Assembly: GCA_964354975.1 (NCBI GenBank)
Contig: CAYHBS010000003.1
Location: forward strand, 4,086-68,085
Direction of reading: 5' to 3'
Source of the DNA: an uncultured Candidatus Saccharibacteria bacterium
Lineage (GTDB): Bacteria > Patescibacteriota > Minisyncoccia > Ryanbacterales > HO2-45-13
DNA length: 64,000 nucleotides
A program made the position numbers and the translations under genes. Below the pieces are notes generated by a model. The model ran no database searches and had not been told where the DNA came from. It saw nothing but the letters and a program-made list of their open reading frames with translations. Below, in pieces: positions 1 through 8,240 of this stretch; within the stretch, counting starts at the first letter, position 1; every line of letters starts with the position of its first letter.

Positions 1-257
1 CCCTCCACCTGTCGTCGCGTCAGTTGACCCTTGATACATCGAAGGATAGGAACGGAGATCGGTGCATCCGTACGTAAGTGACGACGTTGTGGATGGTGCG
101 GTTGTTGATGTGCCAGCAGTCGAAAGTAACTGCAGTTGCGCCTGAAGATCTGCAATGAGTCTTGATAATTCTTCAACCGTTTGCGCGCTTGCGCTTGCGG
201 GAACGAGCGTCAGCACCAGAGAGAACGTTATGATTGTAGAGACAATCTTTGAATATA
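1..257 (-). CDS. secreted protein, N-terminal fragment (gene continues beyond left edge)
   Basis: Reverse-strand ATG at 257..255 gives MKYLYSKIVSTIITFSLVLTLVPASASA-QTVEELSRLIADLQAQ..., a classic signal peptide with an ASA cleavage motif. The frame stays open to position 1. It is absent from the ORF track because no stop lies inside the window. Confidence 0.35.
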
Positions 258-484
258 AATACTTCATATAGGTAGCCACCAATAATGTTACCTATATAGT
301 ACTCGAGTATACGTAAAGCCGCCGAATGGAAATGTGTATAAAAAGGATAGCAGCAAAAGTAAGAAATCTCCCTTACAAAAGAACAGTCCCCTTCAGCGCA
401 ACTACGCGAAGAGGACTGCCCCTCACTTTGAGACGGTTCTGCCGATGTGTTCGGGAGAACCTATCCATCAGTGTATCAAGAACG

Positions 485-508
485 GAAAAAAGACTCAATA
501 GTCTTGTG
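485..508 (-). terminator. Rho-independent terminator downstream of rsmI
   Basis: Minus strand reads CCACAAGACTATTGAGTCTTTTTT: a 6-bp stem (AAGACT/AGTCTT) plus T6, 20 nt past the rsmI stop. Confidence 0.4.
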
Positions 509-528
509 GATAAGCGTTAATACATATA

Positions 529-1203
529 CTACCCACGAGGAATACAGATCACGTATTCACCTCTTGGTCGTTCATTCGTCTGCACACAACATGACTCCCA
601 CGCACTGCCGAGTGGCTCATCAATGATCGTCTCGTACATTTTAGTAAGTTCCTTCCCAATGATGACACGTTGCTCTTTTCCAAGTGACGCTCCGAGCTCT
701 GAAAGTGTTTTACAGAGTCGGTGAGGTGATTCAAAAATTACCACCGGCACTTCAGAAATTTTGATGCGCTCAAAAAAACTCATACGCCCTTTCTTCTGCG
801 GGGGAAATCCAAGAAATAAAAATTCATTTGTTGCAACTCCCGCTACCGACATGAGCGATGTCACTGCCGATACTCCGGGTATTGGCACTACAAGATATCC
901 CGCATCTCGTACCGTGCGCACTAATCGTGCGCCAGGATCAGAAATGCCTGGGACTCCCGCATCAGTAACATATGCAATCGTCTTCCCTTTACCCAGCTGC
1001 GCGAGAATTTGTTTCGACACTCTGTCATGCACATACTCGCGATAAGAAATAATCGGCTTGTGTATTTGAAAATGTGAAAGTAATTTTTTTGTTACGCGCG
1101 TATCCTCCGCCGCGATAAGATCAACGGATTTGAGTGTTTCAATTCCACGAGCGGTCATATCTCCCAAATTGCCAATGGGGGTGCCAACAATGTAGAGCGT
1201 CAT
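529..1203 (-). CDS. rsmI: 16S rRNA (cytidine1402-2'-O)-methyltransferase RsmI (tetrapyrrole-methylase fold)
   Basis: N-terminus LYIVGTPIGNLGDMTARGIETLKSVDLIAAEDTR and the later motifs are the RsmI/TP-methylase signature. The ATG at 1203 overlaps the upstream stop (ATGA). Confidence 0.85.
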   Translation of the reverse strand: MTLYIVGTPIGNLGDMTARGIETLKSVDLIAAEDTRVTKKLLSHFQIHKPIISYREYVHDRVSKQILAQLGKGKTIAYVTDAGVPGISDPGARLVRTVRDAGYLVVPIPGVSAVTSLMSVAGVATNEFLFLGFPPQKKGRMSFFERIKISEVPVVIFESPHRLCKTLSELGASLGKEQRVIIGKELTKMYETIIDEPLGSAWESCCVQTNERPRGEYVICIPRG

Positions 1204-1715
1204 AGTTGTACTTCAATACGCGTACCCGGTGTAATCCCTTCAAGACCCGCGTCCGCAGGAATTTCCAGCACCGCGTTCACCCGCTCCGGAGAACTCACAA
1301 TCATACGATTATTTGTCGGCTCCGGGAGCAACTCATCAACACCAATAATAATATCGTCCCTCACCCATACAACATTCAGATGCACAAGCGTATTTTTATT
1401 CCAAAAATGTTGCACCGCTGGACTACTATCAAATAGAAAAATCATGCCCTCATTGGGAGATACCGATTCGACGTTCTGGAATCCCTGCGCACGCAAGTCG
1501 TCCGTGTCTGCAATGCGCATCGTAAATACACGATCACCAATCAACACCGTTGCGCGTCGATCTTCAGGGCGTACGCGATTGTCTGGAAGTGACAGTTGTT
1601 CAGAAACGGCGGGCATTGTTACTGCAGGATCAACAAACAGAAAATACGCGCCAACAATGGCGGCCGCAATCAACGCGCCACCTGCAAACATGCGCACCCA
1701 AGGTGTTGGAAACAT
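1200..1715 (-). CDS. DUF192 (COG1430) family protein with N-terminal TM/signal segment
   Basis: MFPTPWVRMFAGGALIAAAIVGAYF (TM helix) then ...GMIFLFDSSPAVQHFWNKNTLVHLNVVWV..., the DUF192 core. The ORF-track N-extension (MYPALFRHAGIVRD) lies inside a perfect palindrome and is rejected; the start is placed at the internal Met. Confidence 0.6.
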   Translation of the reverse strand: MFPTPWVRMFAGGALIAAAIVGAYFLFVDPAVTMPAVSEQLSLPDNRVRPEDRRATVLIGDRVFTMRIADTDDLRAQGFQNVESVSPNEGMIFLFDSSPAVQHFWNKNTLVHLNVVWVRDDIIIGVDELLPEPTNNRMIVSSPERVNAVLEIPADAGLEGITPGTRIEVQL

Positions 1716-1768
1716 GCATGCATTATACAAAGATATGCGCTCGAAACAAATTTTGTGCGCACGCACAT

Positions 1769-1802
1769 CCCGCACTATTCCGGCATGCCGGAATAGTGCG
1801 GG
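1769..1802. repeat. 34-bp perfect palindrome CCCGCACTATTCCGGCATGCCGGAATAGTGCGGG
   Basis: Read directly: perfect two-fold symmetry centred on CATG. It lies between the DUF192 start and the terminator of the upstream gene. Confidence 0.6.
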
Positions 1803-1806
1803 ATAC

Positions 1807-1842
1807 AAAAAACACTCCGCCTTTGCGGAGTGTTTTTGTGGG
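1807..1842 (-). terminator. Rho-independent terminator (bidirectional geometry) after the large surface-protein gene
   Basis: AAAAAACACTCCGCCTTTGCGGAGTGTTTTTGT: a 10-bp GC-containing stem with loop CTTT, flanked by an A-run and a T-run, so it is followed by T-runs on both strands. It lies 18 nt past the stop at 1860. Confidence 0.6.
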
Positions 1843-1859
1843 TACCGATGGTAAGCAGA

Positions 1860-4800
1860 CTATCTGCTCGCGGATACCGCCTGTACTGCGGTGAGCACAT
1901 TCGAAAGTATTCGAGAAAACAATCTTTCACTCGCGGTCACAGTCTCTGAAAGCTGCACTGATACCTCATCGAAGAATACGGATCCCACCGATGGGGTCGC
2001 ACTATCCTTAAGACGTACTTTCAACTTTGTTGCATTTGCGGGAACCGTGAGCGTCTTTTCAATTTTGGTCCATGCGGTCGCTCCTCCGGTGTACGCAACT
2101 TGATCCCGCTTGAGAATAGATCCAGAAGCATTCCTCCATTCTAGTTCGAGATATGTGTCTGCGGTACCTGCCCCTACTGCTTTCACATACGCGCTCGCGA
2201 GCACCTTTGATCCCGGAACGACGGCATACGTTGTTCCATTGTTAAGCGTGCGAGTACCAGATGTGGTGTGCACAAATTCCATGCCGTACGTGCCCGAGTG
2301 TTTTTCAGTTGTTACAAGCTTTGTTTTAGTCCCCCACCCTGACCAATTGTTCTTCGCAGATTCAAACCCCGGATTTGTAACAATATTTGCGCCGTATGAT
2401 ATAGGAACATTATATTCATCGTTATCGCTGCTTGATGAACACCCAGGATCTGCCGGATAATCAATTTTTGCATCTCCATCATTATCGATACCATCGGAGC
2501 AAACTGAAGGCACCACATCAAGAGCAAGCCGTAGTTGCGTCAAAAGTCCATGCAACAGTGCATATAGCTCATTAGCATTTGTGGCGGTGCCTGCATTGAG
2601 CTCATTCGCAAGCTGTATGCCCACCTGCACTATTTGGTTATTGAGTTCATATGCGGCAGTGGAGGTGCTTAATGCTATTCTCATACTGCCATTTGCTGTG
2701 CCTACAAACGCCGTCATTTCTGCTGCTGCCCAGTTAATATCTCCCAAAATTGCAAACTCATGTTGCGATCTCCGAAAAAACCGCTTCATGTTTCCATATG
2801 CAGTGAGCTCATCCTGAAGTTCTGTAGGATATGGCACCGGCAAAATTGTAAGTACGTCCCCTCTTGTCCCCAAGGCGCCACTACAATTTAACGCAAAGCG
2901 CTGTTCTACTGCCGTGTCGTTGAGCTCGATCGTAATTGGTGTACTACCAGGAGAACTCAGTGCAGATTTCAGCGGAGAGTTACCGTACTGATCAGAAAGT
3001 CCGCACACGTTAACATTCTGACTTGTCCATGATGCAATCGAAGTTGATGCGTAACCCACAATCGGACCGTCCGTTCCAGCAATTTTCAGATCTGCCGTGT
3101 AATAATCTGCCGGCAACACGGTTATAGGTCCATCACTGCGATCCCACGCACCTGATTTCGTATCAACAATCCGAATGAAATACTCACCTGGAGTCGCGGG
3201 GCTATCATACTGATTGACGTCACCTGCCCACACAATTGATCCCCTTCCAGCTTCAATAATTTTGCCAACCTGCGTATATTGGCCATTTATCTGTGTATCG
3301 AGATATGCTGCAACGCTGGTGCTTGTTTCATCTGGTGTCCATTTGATCGTAAGCGGTGTTGCGTAAATCATCATCCGCTCCCCACCCACCGGTGCGGTCA
3401 TATGTAATTGAGGAACGCAGGTACCACTACCTACTCCATATGTTTTATATGGGAAATGAGCGCCTACGTACGGATATCCAGACACACCAAGAGCATTAGC
3501 CCAGTCCATATTGAAATTCTTTGCTAACGTCGCCTCTGGTGTAGTGGTTGAATTTGGAGACCAAATAAAGTTGTTACTTGTGGTACCTGCTACGTATTCC
3601 CAATGGTTCACCGTGCCCATAGTAGTGAATGGGAATGCGTCATCATTGCGAAATCGAATAGAAACCAATCCTCCATCAGTTGCAGTTACCCCAGACACTG
3701 ACATTGCGCGCAACGTATATGTTTTTGCGGTGCCCGCAGGAATAAGTCGATCGGCATTCGTATTATCGAACGTAATGGTAAGTCGTCCATTTGATATTTG
3801 CTGATCAAGCGCATGGACGCGGCCCATCGGTCCATACAATACAAAATTAGAAACCACCGTACATGGTGCGGGCACCACATCAAATGTGATGCGTCGCAGC
3901 AATATGTCTCGCGAGGGACTCGCCGTAATCTTTATTTTAGTAAGATCAGAGCCCGCTACAAGGGTGCTCGTTGGAGACGATACATCCGTCACAGTTGGAA
4001 CCGTTCGATAAATTTTTGTTCCCGGTGGATTAAGCGCCTCCGTGGATCCAGTAAACAACGCTCCTGTGTTCGCTCCCGTGGCATAATTTCCTCCTACTCC
4101 CTGTTTACTTCCATCGTATCCAATACTCACTACCGCGCCCGGTGTTGTCGACTGTCCAATTCCCTGCGGCAACAAGTCTGCACGAAGGGATAGCGTCACC
4201 GCATCATATGCAGGAATTACTACGGGTGTTACAAGTGTTGCAACTGCACCGGTTGATGTGCCCATGTATACTGAACCAACTTGCGTAGAACCATTCCAAA
4301 TTGTCACGCTTCCGCCGACAAGTTGACTTGCTCCAAGTGTAAAGTTCGTGAATGCAATCTGTTTGAGCAAAATATTTTCACTCGCATTGTTACTGAATTT
4401 AAATTGACTTAACTGCACGCCAACAGATCCGGCGACAGCAGTCTGAAAAGAATTATACGGGGTGAATGACACGGTATAGGGAACTGTTTGCACCGGTTGC
4501 GCGCCGATTTCAAAATTCACAGAGTCACTTGCAACAAGGTACCCATCCACAAAACATTCCAGTAAATATGTTATTTTTTGTGTGATGCCACCGGTTTGCT
4601 TTCCGCCCATATTCCCAGTCCAATAATTTGATGGGGGCTTCGGAAAATTCGCAACAGTGCATGCGCCTGTTGTTGAAGCAACGTTTGTGCTCCACTGAAC
4701 ATACCCCATATCCCCGGAAGCATGCACGTATGCGGTTCCGTCTGTCCAGGTATAGCTATCTGGGCTACCTTTTATATCAGCAGTATATATGGCTGCATGC

Positions 4801-4883
4801 GCCGCAGGAACGATCAATATAGTTGCAGCGAATGCAACGAGAGGGGCGATAATGTTGAACCAACGAACTTTAGTGAAGTACAT
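1860..4883 (-). CDS. large secreted cell-surface protein with C-terminal CxDGxDNDGD motif and CBM4/9-like carbohydrate-binding module
   Basis: Start MYFTKVRWFNIIAPLVAFAATILIVPAAHA (signal peptide). Long Thr/Ser/Gly-rich beta-type sequence. CSDGIDNDGDAKIDYPADPGC motif near residue 800. The final ~150 aa (NIVTNPGFE..WSGWG...YLELEW) resemble the CBM_4_9 jelly-roll. Confidence 0.65.
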   Translation of the reverse strand: MYFTKVRWFNIIAPLVAFAATILIVPAAHAAIYTADIKGSPDSYTWTDGTAYVHASGDMGYVQWSTNVASTTGACTVANFPKPPSNYWTGNMGGKQTGGITQKITYLLECFVDGYLVASDSVNFEIGAQPVQTVPYTVSFTPYNSFQTAVAGSVGVQLSQFKFSNNASENILLKQIAFTNFTLGASQLVGGSVTIWNGSTQVGSVYMGTSTGAVATLVTPVVIPAYDAVTLSLRADLLPQGIGQSTTPGAVVSIGYDGSKQGVGGNYATGANTGALFTGSTEALNPPGTKIYRTVPTVTDVSSPTSTLVAGSDLTKIKITASPSRDILLRRITFDVVPAPCTVVSNFVLYGPMGRVHALDQQISNGRLTITFDNTNADRLIPAGTAKTYTLRAMSVSGVTATDGGLVSIRFRNDDAFPFTTMGTVNHWEYVAGTTSNNFIWSPNSTTTPEATLAKNFNMDWANALGVSGYPYVGAHFPYKTYGVGSGTCVPQLHMTAPVGGERMMIYATPLTIKWTPDETSTSVAAYLDTQINGQYTQVGKIIEAGRGSIVWAGDVNQYDSPATPGEYFIRIVDTKSGAWDRSDGPITVLPADYYTADLKIAGTDGPIVGYASTSIASWTSQNVNVCGLSDQYGNSPLKSALSSPGSTPITIELNDTAVEQRFALNCSGALGTRGDVLTILPVPYPTELQDELTAYGNMKRFFRRSQHEFAILGDINWAAAEMTAFVGTANGSMRIALSTSTAAYELNNQIVQVGIQLANELNAGTATNANELYALLHGLLTQLRLALDVVPSVCSDGIDNDGDAKIDYPADPGCSSSSDNDEYNVPISYGANIVTNPGFESAKNNWSGWGTKTKLVTTEKHSGTYGMEFVHTTSGTRTLNNGTTYAVVPGSKVLASAYVKAVGAGTADTYLELEWRNASGSILKRDQVAYTGGATAWTKIEKTLTVPANATKLKVRLKDSATPSVGSVFFDEVSVQLSETVTASERLFSRILSNVLTAVQAVSASR

Positions 4884-4912
4884 AGTGTAATGAAATAAAT
4901 AATTGCACAAGC

Positions 4913-4953
4913 AAATAAAAAACGACCAAAAGAATCACGTCTTTTTTGGTCGT
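4913..4953 (-). terminator. Rho-independent terminator downstream of mutY
   Basis: Minus strand reads ACGACCAAAAAAGACGTGATTCTTTTGGTCGTTTTTTATTT: a ~10-bp stem followed by a T-run. Confidence 0.5.
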
Positions 4954-5125
4954 ACACGCTCGCCCCTCAATTGGCGATTTGCTTATAGTATAGGTCGCGC
5001 GTTCGATAAACCATTACATGGTACCGAATATCATTGTGTATAACTACAAATGCAATGAATCACTAGATCATAAAAACATGAAATCAAAAAAGAATATAAA
5101 CTACCACCAATGCGTGCACACTCTG

Positions 5126-5992
5126 CTAAACATTCCTACGTTTATTCGGGAACGTCATGCGTCCATTTTTAAGCATTACTAAACCTTCATAGCACATTTT
5201 TTTTGCGATTACTTTAATTTTCTTTGGTTCCGCATCAAATGCTTTTGCCACTCGGATGATTGTTGTTTCCCCTTTTTCTGTGACCAACCGCAATATCGCA
5301 CCGCGGTAATATCTATCAGATCCCACAAACTTTTTCTGTGGTTTTTTTGAAATAATGACCGGATTTTTTCCATGAAGTTGCGCCAGTGGACACTCCGCAC
5401 TGTGACTATGCGCCTTACAATGTAGTGCCGCAATATCCATCACCGCATAGTTCCATTCTCTCCCCTTTTCTTTTGGAATTATTTCTAGTGCAAACTTATA
5501 CAGCTCCGTATCAGAAATTTCTTTTTTAGAAAAAAATACACGGCGAAGTATTCTCCGCACATTTGTGTCGATCATAGGATCATCTTCTCCAAATGCAAAC
5601 GATCGCACAGCACTTGCAGTGCTCATGCCAATTCCCGGAAGACGAAGTAATTCTTCGCGTAATAAAGGAAATGTTCCATTATGTAGGCTCTCAATGTTTT
5701 CTGCTGTGCGTTGTAGGTACAGCGCGCGCCGATTATATCCGAGACCCGACCAAAGCGTCAGCACTTCTCGCGTAGATGCGCGCGTAAGTGCGCGGGTCGT
5801 GGGAAATGCAGAAATAAATTGCTCATACTTAGTGCACACGCGATCCACTTGTGTTTGTTGGAGCATTATCTCGGACACAAGAATTTCGTAAGGGTCTGTG
5901 GTACGTCGCCACGGCAAATCGCGACCATGTTTGCGATACCACGCAAGTACCGCACGATTAAATTTTGAAACCTTTTCGGCGCGAGTCATGCG
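5126..5992 (-). CDS. mutY: A/G-specific adenine DNA glycosylase MutY-like (HhH-GPD)
   Basis: LPWRRTTDPYEILVSEIMLQQTQV, LWSGLGYNRRA, LPGIGMSTASAV (HhH), DTNVRRIL and MDIAALHC match MutY in order. The start is placed at MTRAEK. Confidence 0.75.
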   Translation of the reverse strand, partial: RMTRAEKVSKFNRAVLAWYRKHGRDLPWRRTTDPYEILVSEIMLQQTQVDRVCTKYEQFISAFPTTRALTRASTREVLTLWSGLGYNRRALYLQRTAENIESLHNGTFPLLREELLRLPGIGMSTASAVRSFAFGEDDPMIDTNVRRILRRVFFSKKEISDTELYKFALEIIPKEKGREWNYAVMDIAALHCKAHSHSAECPLAQLHGKNPVIISKKPQKKFVGSDRYYRGAILRLVTEKGETTIIRVAKAFDAEPKKIKVIAKKMCYEGLVMLKNGRMTFPNKRRNV

Positions 5993-6221
5993 CGCATTGT
6001 ACAGATATTTGTGTACAAAATAAAAAGGGCCCCACATCGCTGGATGCGGTGTGGGGCGTCGCCGACGGCGTCGCCGTGCAGCTAGGAATTACTTTGAGTC
6101 AGGTTGGTGCATCGCATGTCGCAACCACCTCCTTAATGAGCTGACCGCATTCTACCCTACTTGCAGTCACGTGTCAATACATATAGAGTGGCAGAAGAAT
6201 TGAAAACGCGGGAGGCACTCT

Positions 6222-7118
6222 GTGAAAAATCTGACTGTCGTTGCGCCTGGTGGCGCAGGAAGAAATGCGGGAACATCACGCATATTTGATATGCTGTGTG
6301 TCAATAGATACGCGCGGAGGTACATAGCAGTCTCGTCTGCGGTCACCGCAGTTCTGGCGCACGCGCTCGGACTTGATCGTGTCGCGGAATATATCTGGAT
6401 GCAAGTGGTCCCACAAAAGATGTATTGGAGTTTCTCCAATCTTTTACGGGGCGCTCCTGTTTCGGACACGGAACATCTTATTTGTGAGATCTTCAGCCAC
6501 ATTCCGGTTGAGCGCATTGATGAGATCGATGCCAGCATCCATGTAATCGTGTACAACGTGGATACCAACGCAAGTGAACTGCATATGATGACGAGCAAGA
6601 ATGCGCTCGAACTTACGCTTGCAAGTTGTTACTTGCCGTTTCTTTCGCACTTTCCCCAGCGGAGAAGAAATATTTCGCTTGAGGGAAAGCGATATATCGA
6701 TGGTTCGGCACGAGACATCATTCCCATCGACGCCATTGATAGTCTTGGGTGTCCAAATGTGTTGTTCGTTGCAAATTACCCGTACTATTGGCTTCCCGAT
6801 CCTGTTCCTTTGCCTTTGCGACTACTTGCAGGTATGACGCAACCAAATGGACGATACCTCTACCAAGATCTATGCGAGCGAGAGCGGCGCTTTGCCGCTG
6901 TGCGGCGGGACATAAGCAATCCGAAGTATCGACCGCATCCGATCAACTTGCATGTGGTGGGACCAAAGTTCATCAAGGATAAATACGCGATTGAACATCC
7001 TGCGGACCAAGCAGGTATCTGCAGAACTATGCAGAAAGCACGTGACCTCGCAGATAGCGATCGCGAATCATTCGAAGCGTGGATCTCACAGTTACCAGAT
7101 CAGCCGCCCGTCCCCTAG
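6222..7118 (+). CDS. patatin-like phospholipase family protein (variant motifs)
   Basis: VAPGGAGRNAGTSRIF fits the oxyanion motif GGxxRG. IAVSSAVTAVLAHALG sits at the GxSxG nucleophile position, here as A-V-S-S-A. YIDGSARDIIPID fits the DGA/DGG Asp motif. Confidence 0.45.
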   Translation: MKNLTVVAPGGAGRNAGTSRIFDMLCVNRYARRYIAVSSAVTAVLAHALGLDRVAEYIWMQVVPQKMYWSFSNLLRGAPVSDTEHLICEIFSHIPVERIDEIDASIHVIVYNVDTNASELHMMTSKNALELTLASCYLPFLSHFPQRRRNISLEGKRYIDGSARDIIPIDAIDSLGCPNVLFVANYPYYWLPDPVPLPLRLLAGMTQPNGRYLYQDLCERERRFAAVRRDISNPKYRPHPINLHVVGPKFIKDKYAIEHPADQAGICRTMQKARDLADSDRESFEAWISQLPDQPPVP

Positions 7119-7137
7119 TGGACGCGGCGGCTTTTTT
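7104..7137 (+). terminator. Rho-independent terminator overlapping the last codons (QPPVP*) of the patatin-like gene
   Basis: GCCGCCCGTCC-CCTAGT-GGACGCGGCGGC followed by TTTTTT. Confidence 0.55.
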
Positions 7138-7168
7138 ATAAAAAATATACTCACCCGATTGAAATCCC

Positions 7169-7513
7169 TTATTTTATTCGCTCTACTTCTATCGCAACAA
7201 CTCCAAACTCTTTTTCCTGATCCTCCGAATAAAAACGTCTATATACACGAATTCCCTGTTCAACAGTATCAACATCCGGGAGTAATTTCTTTAGTGGTTC
7301 GTGTATAAGCATTTCTCGAATAGTCCCGTACGTGCGCACACCTCTGACTATCACTGCAATCGAATCTGTCTCTTCTGCATTGTATATAATAATGTGATCT
7401 CCCACACTTACAAATCTATACCAGGCCTTTTTTACTCTTCCCTCTATCGTCTTCTGCCCATTTTTAACAAAAGTAAAATACGGTTCAGCACGATGGTTAT
7501 GATATGTCTTCAT
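7169..7513 (-). CDS. ASCH (ASC-1 homology, PUA-like) domain protein
   Basis: MKTYHNHRAEPYFTFVKNGQKTIEGR...GDHIIIYNAEETDSIAVIVRGVRTY is ASCH-like. The start is placed at the internal Met; the upstream extension is unsupported. Confidence 0.5.
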   Translation of the reverse strand: MKTYHNHRAEPYFTFVKNGQKTIEGRVKKAWYRFVSVGDHIIIYNAEETDSIAVIVRGVRTYGTIREMLIHEPLKKLLPDVDTVEQGIRVYRRFYSEDQEKEFGVVAIEVERIK

Positions 7514-7625
7514 ATGTAATACCAAGAAATATTGCGCCCCGTCTTCATGTACAGCCACGGCGCTTTCATTGACAGCAAAATTCAATATCTTTATTATGAT
7601 TGAAGAATACCCCATGAGGTGCTAA

Positions 7626-7826
7626 ATGGAAATGGAGCAGTTTAAACTTGCCGTTCTTTCCCTCGATGAGTGCTCTCACGTAGAGGTTCTGGAGTTGCTT
7701 CTCAACCTCGAGTTCCACAGTGAAGACGAAATTCTAGAGGTGGTGGATTTCCTCTCGGTACATCGGCCAGCGCTGTTAGCTGAATTTACAGCGCAATATC
7801 TCACTCTTCAGCCGCCCGTCCCTTAG
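7626..7826 (+). CDS. hypothetical small acidic protein (66 aa)
   Basis: The ORF has no recognisable domain. Its C-terminus QPPVP* is encoded by the duplicated terminator element, so reality is uncertain. Confidence 0.25.
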   Translation: MEMEQFKLAVLSLDECSHVEVLELLLNLEFHSEDEILEVVDFLSVHRPALLAEFTAQYLTLQPPVP

Positions 7827-7847
7827 AGGACGAGGCGGCTTTTTTAT
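7811..7847 (+). terminator. second copy of the terminator element (GCCGCCCGTCC-CTTAGA-GGACGAGGCGGC + T8)
   Basis: About 37/40 nt are identical to the element at 7101..7140. Confidence 0.55.
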
Positions 7848-8149
7848 TACGCTTCATCTAAAATAATCCGCTCGGAAAACCCCCCGCGTTCTTCGCGCTT
7901 TTTCTTTTGCACTGCAACCACAGATTCGAGTTCCCACTTTTTATACTCAAGAATTGCCGTAATAACTTCAAAAATATCCGCCATTTCTTCGATTGATTCC
8001 GCATCCACCCACTCCGCAACTTCTTCTAGTAATTTCTGATTCAATTTTTCCCAATACTCTTTTTCGTTCGCAATATGTGTGAGTGGAACTTCTCCCTTTG
8101 CGCGGATGATGTGCGGGATTTTGTCTCGTACTAATTTATTAAATTTCAT
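7847..8149 (-). CDS. MazG-like / PRA-PH-type all-alpha nucleoside-triphosphate pyrophosphohydrolase
   Basis: MKFNKLVRDKIPHII...EKLNQKLLEEVAEWVDAESIEEMADIFEVITAILEY...KKKREERGGFSERIIL matches the PF01503-type house-cleaning NTP-PPase pattern. Confidence 0.65.
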   Translation of the reverse strand: MKFNKLVRDKIPHIIRAKGEVPLTHIANEKEYWEKLNQKLLEEVAEWVDAESIEEMADIFEVITAILEYKKWELESVVAVQKKKREERGGFSERIILDEA

Positions 8150-8207
8150 ATTATTTTTCGCGACATTGAATTTTTATCCTTTATGTTCAGGTGCCCCAAT
8201 CAAACTA

Positions 8208-8240
8208 CACTTCTTGATATGCGATACTAATGGAAAGCTA
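8208..8240 (-). promoter_or_regulatory. conserved 33-nt motif copy A (CACTTCTTGATATGCGATACTAATGGAAAGCTA on +)
   Basis: Ends exactly at the alaX stop codon, 58 nt upstream of the MazG-like ATG. It is one of three near-identical copies. Confidence 0.3.

Noticed and set aside
326-520. 64-aa plus-strand ORF in the rsmI 3' intergenic region
   Set aside because: It has no recognisable domain, sits over the rsmI terminator hairpin, and is Arg-rich with random-looking composition. It is most likely non-coding.
1444-1894. Plus-strand ORFs (136 aa, 114 aa, 66 aa) antisense to the DUF192 gene, and the N-terminal extension MYPALFRHAGIVRD of the minus ORF 1200..1808
   Set aside because: They are open only because of the 34-bp perfect palindrome: the same peptide appears on both strands. 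They are low-complexity and Arg/Cys-rich, so they were treated as artefacts.
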